Below are positions 46,729 through 56,345 of a stretch of DNA of 64,000 bases, one piece after another (within the stretch, counting starts at the first letter, position 1; every line of letters begins with the position of its first letter). Below the pieces are notes generated by a model. It was not told the origin of the DNA. It ran no database searches and saw nothing but the letters and a program-made list of their open reading frames with translations. A program made the position numbers and the translations under genes. Source of the stretch: Spirochaetia bacterium (lineage in GTDB: Bacteria; Spirochaetota; Spirochaetia; UBA9216); contig OY776510.1 of assembly GCA_963675665.1 (NCBI GenBank), positions 4,864,001-4,928,000 on the forward strand. The letters run 5' to 3'.

Positions 46729-47751
46729 TTAAAATTTTATAAGTGCTTTAACTATTGATTTATCATTGTGTATATCCTTAAAAGCTTCTTCTGCCTGTTC
46801 AAGCGTATATACCCTACTGACAATTCTTTTCAGTTTTAAATTTATTTTACCGTTATTAATGATATCTGCTGCTACCCTAAAATTATTAAATCTGTGTATT
46901 CTCACACCTTTAAGATCCAATTCCCTCAGGACAACAGAGACTACATCAATCTCAAATTGTCTGTTTGGTATTCCTATTAAAACAATTGTGCCGCCTGATT
47001 CAGCCGCCTTTGTCATATTAGTCCAGCCGGCTTGCGTACCGGAAACTTCAAATACTCTTTTAAACCCGGTTCCTCCAGAAATTTTTTCAACTTCCGAATT
47101 ATAATTATTTGAAGCGGCATCAATAGCCGTAAAACCAAAGCTGCGTGCAAATTCCAGCCGCACCGGATCAATATCTGTTAGTACAATCTTTCCTGCTCCG
47201 TTATATTCAGCAACCAGTGCAAGCAATATACCTATTGTACCGGCACCTATAATAAATACACTTTCACCGGCCTGAAGCCCGCTTCGCCTTATATCATGAA
47301 CCGCTACAGCGAGTGGTTCAAGCAGTGACGCAACCTCGGGATCCGCCTCCGGATCAAGCGCGACAAGTCTTTCAGCTGATACCTTTACATATTCAGCATA
47401 ACAGCCGTCGGTATGAACTCCGAAAATCGAAACATCCTTACAAATATTCTCCCTTCCGTTCATACAGTGCTCACAGTAACCGCATGAAGCCAGCGGGTGT
47501 CCGGCTACACGATCGCCTATTGAAAAACCTGTAACCGTATCACTTTTGATATCATACAATTCTCCGTAAAATTCATGCCCGAGGACCATCGTGGGTTTGG
47601 CCGTGGGATGTTTCCCTTCAAATATATGTACATCAGATCCGCAGATACCCACATATTTAACTTTAATTAACGCTTCCCCCTCATTTAATTCAGGCATACT
47701 TGTATCAGCTATTGTCAGCTTGTTAAAATCTGTCATTTTAGCCAGTTTCAT
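46729..47751 (-). CDS. Zinc-dependent alcohol/polyol dehydrogenase (MDR)
   Basis: GICGSDVH, LGHEF, CGYCEHC...ENIC and GAGTIG. Confidence 0.93.
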   Translation of the reverse strand: MKLAKMTDFNKLTIADTSMPELNEGEALIKVKYVGICGSDVHIFEGKHPTAKPTMVLGHEFYGELYDIKSDTVTGFSIGDRVAGHPLASCGYCEHCMNGRENICKDVSIFGVHTDGCYAEYVKVSAERLVALDPEADPEVASLLEPLAVAVHDIRRSGLQAGESVFIIGAGTIGILLALVAEYNGAGKIVLTDIDPVRLEFARSFGFTAIDAASNNYNSEVEKISGGTGFKRVFEVSGTQAGWTNMTKAAESGGTIVLIGIPNRQFEIDVVSVVLRELDLKGVRIHRFNNFRVAADIINNGKINLKLKRIVSRVYTLEQAEEAFKDIHNDKSIVKALIKF

Positions 47752-47777
47752 AAAATTAGTTCTCCATTAAATCTAAA

Positions 47778-48806
47778 TTAGTCAGAAACCTTACCGGTAG
47801 TTTTTCTGACAACAAGCTCAACATCAAGCTCAGTACTTAACGAATCCTTATTGCCGTTTATTATCTCAACCAGCCTGGAAACTCCAGTCCTTCCTTTTTT
47901 AAGGGTAGACTGATTAATTGTTGTAAGCGGAGGGTTCATTACCTTCGCCATTGGGATATCATCAAAACCCACAACCGAAATATCTTCGGGAATCTTTAAT
48001 CCCATCTCCTGTATTGCATTCATTACACCGAAAGCCATAAAGTCTCCCGCCACAAAAAACGCGGTAGGCTTGACGGTTTTTACCAGTTTTTTGGTTATTA
48101 AATAACCGCTGTCTATATTGTTGGCGCCCTCGGTTATCAAAGACTGATCTATCCTGATACCGTTTTTCTTTAACGCATCCATATAGCCCCTCAGCCTGTC
48201 TGCACTGCTGGACAGTATATCAGGACCGTTTATAAAACATATTTTCTTATGCCCAAGATCAATAAGATGTTCCGTTGCAATAAGCGCCCCTTTATAGTTA
48301 TCTACACATACATGCGGGACATTAGTTACGCCGGGCATCCTTGAAGTCAGGACATACGGAATACCGGTTTCCTCTATTTTATCTATGATATCCCTGTGAT
48401 TAAGCCCAGGACTTATAACAAGAAGCCCGTCTACCCTGTTCTGATAAATTACATCCAGATAATTATCTGAACGGCAATACAGAAGCAAAATGTAATATCC
48501 AAGCGTATCAGCTTCCTTGAATATTCCCCGGATGATCTCCTCATAAAAAGGGTTCATAAACACATAATCAATATCATGTGGAATAAAAACACCGATTGTA
48601 TTATTTTTCCTGATGGACATTCCTTTAGCCATGGCGCTCGGCTGATAATTGTATTTCTTTACAGTTTCAAGAATCCTTTCCCTGGTTTCAGGAAGAATAT
48701 CACTCTTATTATTCAACGCTCTTGATACTGTTGTTTTAGAAACTCCCAGCTCATTCGCAATATCAGCTATTGTGTATTTCTTCCTGTTTTTTGGCTGATA
48801 AACCAT
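47778..48806 (-). CDS. LacI family transcriptional regulator (copy B)
   Basis: Protein identical to copy A from ILPETRER to STLKKG. Confidence 0.96.
   Translation of the reverse strand: MVYQPKNRKKYTIADIANELGVSKTTVSRALNNKSDILPETRERILETVKKYNYQPSAMAKGMSIRKNNTIGVFIPHDIDYVFMNPFYEEIIRGIFKEADTLGYYILLLYCRSDNYLDVIYQNRVDGLLVISPGLNHRDIIDKIEETGIPYVLTSRMPGVTNVPHVCVDNYKGALIATEHLIDLGHKKICFINGPDILSSSADRLRGYMDALKKNGIRIDQSLITEGANNIDSGYLITKKLVKTVKPTAFFVAGDFMAFGVMNAIQEMGLKIPEDISVVGFDDIPMAKVMNPPLTTINQSTLKKGRTGVSRLVEIINGNKDSLSTELDVELVVRKTTGKVSD
47893..48686. repeat. Near-identical direct repeat shared with 36420-37213
   Basis: Same sequence as the LacI copy A core. Confidence 0.9.
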
Positions 48807-48920
48807 ATGTCCATCCCTTAAATAAAAATTGATAAAGATTAAACTTGCCTGATTTTATGTTAAGTCAAGTTTTTCAATGTTCCAGGTAGATATACCTGTA
48901 AAATCCTCCATTAAAATTGT

Positions 48921-49607
48921 TTACAAACATGAAATCCCGTCTTCCACTGATTTCTGAAAGCGCCGGCAGGCTTGACTGATTTTCACATCCTGATTAAACA
49001 CCGCAAATCCTCCGGTAGCGCATCCGTCGGCCCCGTTTTTTGCACATTCAACGGCTTTCAGTATGTCAATTCCACCGTCTACAATAATTTTATAATTTGC
49101 ACCGCTGGTTTTTCTCAATTCATCCAGTTTTTGCACTCTCTGAAATGTCTCCGGTAAAAACGGCTGGCCAACATAACCGGGTTCCACCGCCATGAGGACT
49201 ACCAGGTCAGAGTAGTTTAAATACGGTTCAATTACTTCCGGAGCCTGACTGGGATTAATAACAACCCCTGCATTCATACCCGACTCTTTTATGCTCATCA
49301 GCAGACGCTTTGAAAAACTGGTAACGTCACAATGAAAGCTTAGATTATCAGCTCCAGCTTTTTTCATCGGCTCGATATAGTCGGCAGGATTTGTAACCAT
49401 TAAATGAACATCAGTTATCATCTGCGGATACTTCTCTTTCAGTTCCCGTACAATCTTCGGCGGCATTAAGATATTTGGCACATAGTTTCCATCCATGATA
49501 TCAATATGAAACCATGGAGCTCCGCCTGCTACTATTTCTTCCACCTGCTCTTTCATGTGAAGAAAATCACAATAAGCTATGGAAGGTGCATTTATAAACA
49601 CAAACAA
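48921..49607 (-). CDS. Ribulose-phosphate 3-epimerase family protein (Rpe/AlsE-like)
   Basis: APSI, HIDIMDGNYVPN, DVHLMV, MAVEPG..GQ and VDGG. Confidence 0.9.
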   Translation of the reverse strand: MFVFINAPSIAYCDFLHMKEQVEEIVAGGAPWFHIDIMDGNYVPNILMPPKIVRELKEKYPQMITDVHLMVTNPADYIEPMKKAGADNLSFHCDVTSFSKRLLMSIKESGMNAGVVINPSQAPEVIEPYLNYSDLVVLMAVEPGYVGQPFLPETFQRVQKLDELRKTSGANYKIIVDGGIDILKAVECAKNGADGCATGGFAVFNQDVKISQACRRFQKSVEDGISCL

Positions 49608-49620
49608 CTCCTATAATTAG

Positions 49621-50475
49621 TTATACCCCTGAGTAGGCAAGGAAACCGCCGTCTACCGGCAACACTACTCCCGTCAAAAAACCGGACATGGCCGGGTCGC
49701 ACAAAAATAACAGCGAACCCAACAATTCTTCCGGTACTCCAAACCGATTATACGGTGTATGAGCAATCGCCCTTTGCGCCCTCGGAGTATATCCGCCTGT
49801 TTCCTTGTCCATAAGCAGCGCGTAATTCATCTTTGTCATGAAATATCCCGGTGCAATAGCATTTGCGCGTACCCCGACGGGCGCCAGATGTACTGCAAAA
49901 AACTGGGTAAGATTTGCAACAGCCGCTTTCGCCGCCGAATAAGCCGGCACCTGGGTCATTGGCCTGAAAGACGACATAGATGCAATATTGATAATGCAGG
50001 ATTGCTCCCTGTTTTCAACCAGATGCGGAAGAAACGCCTGAGAAGGAATAAATGTACCCATAAAATTCAGGTTAAAAACAAACTGAAACCCCTCTGTTGT
50101 AAGGTTGAAAATATTAAGCGGATCCAGATCAGGGTCTTCCAAAAGTTCCGGTGTGAGATATTCCGATGTGTTTCCCCTCATATTGTTTCCTCCGGCGCCG
50201 TTCAAAAGAATATGCACAGGACCGTATTCTTTTTTAACTTCTTCAGCAGCTTTGACTACACTTTCTTTGTTTAATACATCACAGTGTAATGCAATTGCCG
50301 TTCCGCCTTCAGTTTCAATCTCATCGGCTACTCTCTGGGCCGAACCCAAATCAATATCCAAAAGCGCAACTTTTATACCGTTCAGAGCCAACTCCTTCGC
50401 AAATCCGGCACATAAGATACCGCCCCCACCGGTAACAGCTGCTATTTTCCCTTCAAAATTCAGATATCTACCCAT
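49621..50475 (-). CDS. SDR oxidoreductase, D-mannonate oxidoreductase (fructuronate reductase)-like
   Basis: TGGGGILC, LLNGAGGN, P.T.VPAYSAAKAA and VDGGF.AYSGV. Confidence 0.8.
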   Translation of the reverse strand: MGRYLNFEGKIAAVTGGGGILCAGFAKELALNGIKVALLDIDLGSAQRVADEIETEGGTAIALHCDVLNKESVVKAAEEVKKEYGPVHILLNGAGGNNMRGNTSEYLTPELLEDPDLDPLNIFNLTTEGFQFVFNLNFMGTFIPSQAFLPHLVENREQSCIINIASMSSFRPMTQVPAYSAAKAAVANLTQFFAVHLAPVGVRANAIAPGYFMTKMNYALLMDKETGGYTPRAQRAIAHTPYNRFGVPEELLGSLLFLCDPAMSGFLTGVVLPVDGGFLAYSGV

Positions 50476-50497
50476 CTGTCTCCTCTTTCCCCGTTTG

Positions 50498-51514
50498 CTA
50501 AACCTTCATAACTATTTTGCAAGCGCCACTTGCTTTATCGTTGAAGAGTGTAAATGCCTGTTCAAATTCTTCAATCTGAAAACTGTGCGTTACATATTTT
50601 TTCAGCATATCCATCCGAGTTTGAAGATCAGCAATAACCTTCGGAAACATTTGGTATTGATGCCTTGTTCCGCATATACTCAGTTCCTTCATATTAATGG
50701 GCGTACAACTGATAGATACCGAATCCGGGACAAACGACATCGGAACAATTGTTCCGGCTGTCGCAATCATATCAATTGCCTCCGGAAGCAATGTGGAAAT
50801 CCCGGCTGCATCAAATATCACATTAGGACCAATCCTGTCTGTAATTTTCATCACCACGCTTTTCAGATCCTCTTCGACTGGATTAATTACATAATCAGCC
50901 CCAAAATCCAGCGCAGAATTCAGCCGCTTGTCGCTGACTTCGGAAACAATTACTGTTGCCCCTGTCCGTTTTGCCGAGGTCAATACGCTGATGCCGATCG
51001 GACCCGCTCCATGAATCAACACATAATCATCAGGAAGAGTTCCTGCCCGGGTATTTGCCTGTTCCCCAATGGTTAAAGGTTCGATGGCAGTTGCCAGTTC
51101 ATATGAAATATACTCCGGCAGAACATGAAGCCTGTCCTGACTGCAAACCATATATTCGCAAAAGCCACCGTCAACATGTACACTGGTAACACGCAGATTC
51201 TGACAAACGTTGTGACGGCCTCGTCTGCATGCATGACATTTTCCGCAGAATTGGATCGGCTCAACTATTACACGATCGCTGATTTTTACACGGGTAACGG
51301 CTTCGCCGATCTCTTCCACACAAGCTGTAATCTCATGCCCCGGAATGCGGGGATAGGTCGCCGCTGCATTTCCTCCGTGCAGCAAGTGAATATCTGAACC
51401 GCAAATCCCGACGGCCATCACACGTATAAGCACATCCTCAGGAGTTTCAATTGATGGTTTCTTTACATTTTTTATGCCGTATACACCCGGCTTTTCAACT
51501 ACAATTGCCTTCAT
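50498..51514 (-). CDS. Zinc-dependent sugar-acid dehydrogenase (RspB/YjjN-like MDR)
   Basis: GICGSDIH, YPRIPGHE, CGKCHAC..G.HNVC, VHVDGGF and GAGPIG. Confidence 0.9.
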   Translation of the reverse strand: MKAIVVEKPGVYGIKNVKKPSIETPEDVLIRVMAVGICGSDIHLLHGGNAAATYPRIPGHEITACVEEIGEAVTRVKISDRVIVEPIQFCGKCHACRRGRHNVCQNLRVTSVHVDGGFCEYMVCSQDRLHVLPEYISYELATAIEPLTIGEQANTRAGTLPDDYVLIHGAGPIGISVLTSAKRTGATVIVSEVSDKRLNSALDFGADYVINPVEEDLKSVVMKITDRIGPNVIFDAAGISTLLPEAIDMIATAGTIVPMSFVPDSVSISCTPINMKELSICGTRHQYQMFPKVIADLQTRMDMLKKYVTHSFQIEEFEQAFTLFNDKASGACKIVMKV

Positions 51515-51534
51515 TTTTTCCTACTGATATATTC

Positions 51535-52827
51535 TCAGGACAACAGGTTCGGAATGAACATGATAATTTCCGGAACGTACGCCATAAACAGCATGATAAG
51601 AACCAATACTCCAATATAGGGAATAGATTCTTTTGCATAATCTTCTATCTTGACTCCGGCAATCGATGTTGTTACAAACATTTGGCTGCCGAACGGAGGA
51701 GTGATACCGGCAATCGTAAGGTTGATACAGATTATTATTCCGAAATGTATTAAATTAACGCCCATAGCACTGGCAGCCGGAACAAGCAGGGGCCCAAGCA
51801 AAATCATTGCAGCTCCACCGTCAAAGAAACAACCGACAACCAGCAACAGGATATTCACTATAAGCATAAACATCCATTGCTCGGAAATATTGGATATTAT
51901 AAATTCCGACAGCATCATTGGAAGCCGTTCCCATGTAAGAAAAGACGAAAATGCTTTTGCGCCCGCCAGAATAAACATAACCCCGGCTGTTGCTTCAACA
52001 GATTCTTTTATGATTGGTTTGATATGTTGTATTTTTAATTCTTTATAGAAAAAAACTCCTATAATGATAGAATAAACAATACAAATTGCGCCTGCTTCAG
52101 TAGGCGTAAACATACCAAAACGCAATCCCAGAACAATACCGAACGGAACCAGCAAAGCCCAGATTGCTTCCTTCAAAGCACGTGCGAATTCAATTATAGT
52201 TGTGCGTTCCACACGTGAAGGTTTATAATGCCGTTTTTTGGAAATGATAGAAGTCAGAACCAGTAATGCAGCCATCATTACCAAACCCGGCAAATACCCT
52301 GCATAGAACATTTTTGCAATCGATACATCCGATACTGATGAATATAATATCAGGATAATTCCCGGAGGTATAATTGGGGTGATACAGGATGAAGCTGCTG
52401 TAACAACACAGGAAAATGGCTTGCCGTAACCCAAACGCTCCATTTCAGGTACAAGCATTTTGGTTTCCATTGCTGAATCGGCATTGGCTGAACCAGACAA
52501 TCCGCCCATCAATGTGCTTAATACAATATTAACATGTCCAAGTCCGCCGGTCATATGCCCTACGAGCATATCGGCAAGATTCATCAGCCGACGGGTTATT
52601 CCAGCATAGTTAAAGATAACACCGGCGCATACAAAAAACGGAATGGCTAAATACACGAATGAAGACATCGCTGCTACCATCTTTTGAACAATCAGTGTAA
52701 TATCCATGGCATTCGGTCCGAACAGAAAATACACAGCCGATGAGATCAACATCGAATATGCGACCGGTACCTTTAAAAAGAAGAGTACAAATAATATTAC
52801 TATCGGGAAAATAGTCCAAAATTCCAA
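51535..52827 (-). CDS. dctM: TRAP transporter large permease (DctM)
   Basis: LAIPFF, GGLSGSANAD, IIPPG, FTPTEAG and TPPFG. Confidence 0.96.
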   Translation of the reverse strand: MEFWTIFPIVILFVLFFLKVPVAYSMLISSAVYFLFGPNAMDITLIVQKMVAAMSSFVYLAIPFFVCAGVIFNYAGITRRLMNLADMLVGHMTGGLGHVNIVLSTLMGGLSGSANADSAMETKMLVPEMERLGYGKPFSCVVTAASSCITPIIPPGIILILYSSVSDVSIAKMFYAGYLPGLVMMAALLVLTSIISKKRHYKPSRVERTTIIEFARALKEAIWALLVPFGIVLGLRFGMFTPTEAGAICIVYSIIIGVFFYKELKIQHIKPIIKESVEATAGVMFILAGAKAFSSFLTWERLPMMLSEFIISNISEQWMFMLIVNILLLVVGCFFDGGAAMILLGPLLVPAASAMGVNLIHFGIIICINLTIAGITPPFGSQMFVTTSIAGVKIEDYAKESIPYIGVLVLIMLFMAYVPEIIMFIPNLLS

Positions 52828-52880
52828 TGTTCTACACTCCTTTATTGTAAATGTTCCAATAGGAACAAATTTGAAAAATT

Positions 52881-53378
52881 CTACGCTCTGTCTTCAAGAG
52901 CAGCTTCCTCAATTTCTTTATCCAGGATCGACATAATTAAAAACTTGCCTGAGTAATATGAAAGGATGATACATGCAAGAGGAATCGATATATCGATGAA
53001 GAAAAAAGGGATATGAAGTATTGCGGTTGGTCGTTCCAACGCTTTTATAGAGAACTGAATCCCCCAAATAACAAGACAAATGTTTGTAATAAATACCAAT
53101 GAAAATGTAAATATGTGCACAACCCTTTGATTTTTAGATTTTAATCGGCTAACAATGGCATCAATAGCAATCAGACCCTGTTCACCATACAGGAGACAAG
53201 CACCAAAAAATACTGCCCAGCTGAATAATAGATACGCAATCTCTTCCGTCCATGCAAAGGATTTTTTAAACAGATAACGGGAAAAAACATTTACAACTAT
53301 TAATAACACCATAGCAGTAAAGGCAGTTCCACCGATTACAAATTCCAGTTTCTTAAGAAACCTATCCAATTTTTCCAT
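52881..53378 (-). CDS. dctQ: TRAP transporter small permease (DctQ)
   Basis: NVFSRY....WTEE......W..F.GA, four TM helices. Confidence 0.92.
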   Translation of the reverse strand: MEKLDRFLKKLEFVIGGTAFTAMVLLIVVNVFSRYLFKKSFAWTEEIAYLLFSWAVFFGACLLYGEQGLIAIDAIVSRLKSKNQRVVHIFTFSLVFITNICLVIWGIQFSIKALERPTAILHIPFFFIDISIPLACIILSYYSGKFLIMSILDKEIEEAALEDRA

Positions 53379-53461
53379 TTCCCGAATCCTCCTTCATCTT
53401 TATTACGACCGGGAGGTCCATATAAAACATATGAACTTCCCGACATAAGTTGCAAATCAAG

Positions 53462-54448
53462 TTATTCGGCTAAAGCAGCCTTTATTTCTTCATAAATACC
53501 AGGAGTCCATTCAGGGAACTGCTTCGGTGTATCTTCGGCAGCTTTTATGAACTCTGTTTTATCAATGTCGAGTATTTTAACGCCGGCTGCCAGGAGTTTA
53601 TCAATGTATACCTGTTCAACGCTAAGTGCGAGTTCAATGGCTTTCTTCGGATAAGCTGAACCAACTGAATCCAATGCATCCTTGGCCTGCTGGGGCAGAT
53701 TATTATAAACCTCTGAGCTCATTACTATCGCAGTTGAAGCTACAAGATGCTCAGTTTTAATAATATACTTGCAGGGCTCATAAAGCTTGGCTGAATAAAG
53801 CAGTGCGTACGGTGACTCTGCGCCGTCAGCAACACCCTGTGATAATGCCTGGTAAACTTCACTCCATGCCGTGTTAGTTGCATTACCGCCGAGAACACGA
53901 ACAACTTCATTCCACCCTTTAGTCGGTGCACAGCGGATTTTAAGTTTGCCAATCTCATCGCGGGAATTAACTTCAGTATTGGCTATCAGGTTCCGGGTTC
54001 CAAAATAATGCAGATCAATCAAGTGCAGACCTTTTTCTTCGAGTTGTGCGCATAGTCTCTGTCCTACATCTGATTTCCAGAATTTTTCAATCTGTTCGGG
54101 GGTCTGAATCAGATACGGTGCCATACCTGCAGCAAAATCAGGAACATAGTTTGCAAGATATGACAGATCACAGTCAACTACAACCGGTTCGCCCTGGGCA
54201 GCCATCTCGAGGACATCGGGCGTCTTGCCTATAGCTTCAGAAGGGTATAAGTCATAAGTAATGGTACCTCCAGACTTTTCACTGATCTCCCCAAAGTACT
54301 CATCATACCACTTAAACTCCGGGTCACTGCTCGATTTTACGAAGTTGAATTTTAAATTTGTTGCGTCTGAACCTTCCTTCTGCCCGCCGCTGAAAACTGT
54401 CCCGACCAGAATCAGTACCATCATTGCCGTAAAAAGTGCTTTTTTCAT
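53462..54448 (-). CDS. dctP: TRAP transporter substrate-binding protein (DctP family)
   Basis: Signal peptide (FSGGQKE), GTRN, LKIR and WSEVYQALSQGVADGAE. Start at MKKALF, 54448. Confidence 0.93.
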   Translation of the reverse strand: MKKALFTAMMVLILVGTVFSGGQKEGSDATNLKFNFVKSSSDPEFKWYDEYFGEISEKSGGTITYDLYPSEAIGKTPDVLEMAAQGEPVVVDCDLSYLANYVPDFAAGMAPYLIQTPEQIEKFWKSDVGQRLCAQLEEKGLHLIDLHYFGTRNLIANTEVNSRDEIGKLKIRCAPTKGWNEVVRVLGGNATNTAWSEVYQALSQGVADGAESPYALLYSAKLYEPCKYIIKTEHLVASTAIVMSSEVYNNLPQQAKDALDSVGSAYPKKAIELALSVEQVYIDKLLAAGVKILDIDKTEFIKAAEDTPKQFPEWTPGIYEEIKAALAE

Positions 54449-54498
54449 AACTACTTGTCTCCTTTTCTTGATCTCTTTTCCAAAATGGATAGATCGTG

Positions 54499-54568
54499 TT
54501 GTTTCACGTAACCGGTTACGGTACCGGTTACGTGAAACAACTCTAAACCACAAAATACCAGTTGTCAA
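54499..54568 (-). promoter_or_regulatory. Promoter plus palindromic LacI-type operator pair of the second TRAP operon
   Basis: TTGACA(54568-54563)-N17-TAGAGT, and a 42-bp near-palindrome TTGTTTCAC-GTAACCGGTTAC-GGTACCGGTTAC-GTGAAACAA. Confidence 0.8.
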
Positions 54569-54663
54569 GTTTTTTCTAACAGATTAATTGTAAAAGATTG
54601 TTTTTATATTAAATTCTGGTCGTCTTCTTTTTTTGAGCTGATCCTGAGGTGAATCTTCGATAT

Positions 54664-56178
54664 CTATTTCTTCTTGTTCGGCGGAAACGGATTTATCTTG
54701 TCAAACTGTTCGCCGCTGTCGGTCCAGTACATTCCGCCCGGACGGTATACACGAACCTCAAAATGCAGATGCGGCCCGGTTGATTTTCCCGTATTGCCGA
54801 TAAGACCTATTTTCTCGGCTTTATTCACCCAGTCGTTCGGAAGGACAACGGGTTCTTCATGCAGATGGGCATAAAAAGTCGACCACGCTTCCGCATCCGG
54901 ATACAAAGTCTTAACCTCTTTTGAAAGGGCATGCTCAATTTCTACCGTCCAGCCGTAGTGTTCGTCATCATGGGTTATTTCTTTCACAACGCCTTCGAAA
55001 GCCGCGGCAACATTACCGGCAGGCATTCCTTCACGGATTATTTCACCTGCATAAGATATAAAATCAATATTACCGACATTAATAATATCAACAGCATAAT
55101 GCGGGGCAATACCCCCTGAACCGAGCGGATCTTCACGAGTATCCATATAACCGTCGGTAATTCTGAAACCGCGGCCGTTGTTACCCATAGCTTCAATTGC
55201 TACAGGGTATGCCATTCCGTCAAAAACCGGTTTATATCTGCTTAAAGGGATAACACGCTGCTCTTCGGTAGCCAGGAAAATTCGCGCCTGATACTCTTCC
55301 GACGGCAACTTGGACATTTCATAAATTATCTCGCCGTATGAAACAGCTTCCTTAATGTTTGATGCAATAAGCTTGTAGGCTTCTTTTCGGGCAGGCAAAT
55401 ACTTGGTCAATTCTTCAGACAACCGCATCACATTTGCATAGGCATTATGACGGTTGAATTCGAAGTCGCTTCTTGAACGTTCAAGGTTTTCCTTCAATAC
55501 TTCAAGATCACCCTCGGCTTCAACCATAAAGCTGTCAAGGTTCTGTACCTGTCCCTTTATCTGAAGCAGATATTCATCCATGGTACTGCCCAGATCATTC
55601 TGGATTCTGTTAACCTGGATAAAATATCCGGCTACAAAAACGGCAAGGACAAGAACTGCAAATGATAAAACGGGGACAAAGACGGCCGGATGAAGGGCCA
55701 GCTCATGATAAACACCGCTGAAAAACCTTCTTACAGGGCCTTTGGGCTTTGTATAGGCGGCATAACTGTCATTATATTCCAGTGTAAGTATTTCTTCTTC
55801 AAAATACAGGTGTGAATTATTGCCTTTCATAAAAACAGTATCAATTCCGGCATGCAGTTCGGCAAGTTCATCGGCAAGATCAACCAGAACTATCTGTTTT
55901 CCGTCCTTTTCAAGGCTTAAAACCTGCCATTCCTGATCTTTTCTGAACGTCCAGTTTCGGAATATCCGGTTAATACCGTCGGATGAGGTAAGAATTTCCT
56001 GAATATGTAAATTCCTTTCATTTATCCTGGTTATCAGGATATGGAAGCGCCCGCTGCGCCGCTTTCCCCTGAAATCGATGATTGGTGTAGAGAAAGAACG
56101 CGATCCGCCCAGCCATATCGCGGCGGATTCAATAATGCGTTTTATCATGTTGCTGGTATAAACAGATTCTTTTGCCAT
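54664..56178 (-). CDS. Membrane-anchored M23 family metallopeptidase with coiled-coil stalk
   Basis: Central TM helix and coiled coil, HYAVD (HxxxD), YAHL and GNTGKSTGPHLHFEV. Confidence 0.88.
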   Translation of the reverse strand: MAKESVYTSNMIKRIIESAAIWLGGSRSFSTPIIDFRGKRRSGRFHILITRINERNLHIQEILTSSDGINRIFRNWTFRKDQEWQVLSLEKDGKQIVLVDLADELAELHAGIDTVFMKGNNSHLYFEEEILTLEYNDSYAAYTKPKGPVRRFFSGVYHELALHPAVFVPVLSFAVLVLAVFVAGYFIQVNRIQNDLGSTMDEYLLQIKGQVQNLDSFMVEAEGDLEVLKENLERSRSDFEFNRHNAYANVMRLSEELTKYLPARKEAYKLIASNIKEAVSYGEIIYEMSKLPSEEYQARIFLATEEQRVIPLSRYKPVFDGMAYPVAIEAMGNNGRGFRITDGYMDTREDPLGSGGIAPHYAVDIINVGNIDFISYAGEIIREGMPAGNVAAAFEGVVKEITHDDEHYGWTVEIEHALSKEVKTLYPDAEAWSTFYAHLHEEPVVLPNDWVNKAEKIGLIGNTGKSTGPHLHFEVRVYRPGGMYWTDSGEQFDKINPFPPNKKK

Positions 56179-56345
56179 TGTCCTTAAAAATTATAGTATC
56201 CTGTGGTACTGAATGTCTACATCATTGGTTGGGTAAAACTGGTGTAGGGTTAAAATAATATAATTTTATATAGTTTTCAAGATGGAAAACCGACAGAATA
56301 AATTTTACCAGTCAACGACTGATAAAAAAACCGAGTACAGCTGTC

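Noticed and set aside
50105-51076. 323-aa plus-strand ORF
   Set aside because: Antisense to two well-supported dehydrogenase genes, with no RBS or motifs.
54449-54568. N-terminal extension of DctP (RNRYRNRLR repeat), and similar extensions of PadR, GlpK and the SDR at 35449
   Set aside because: They arise from translating promoter/operator DNA or the upstream gene. Better RBS-linked starts lie downstream.
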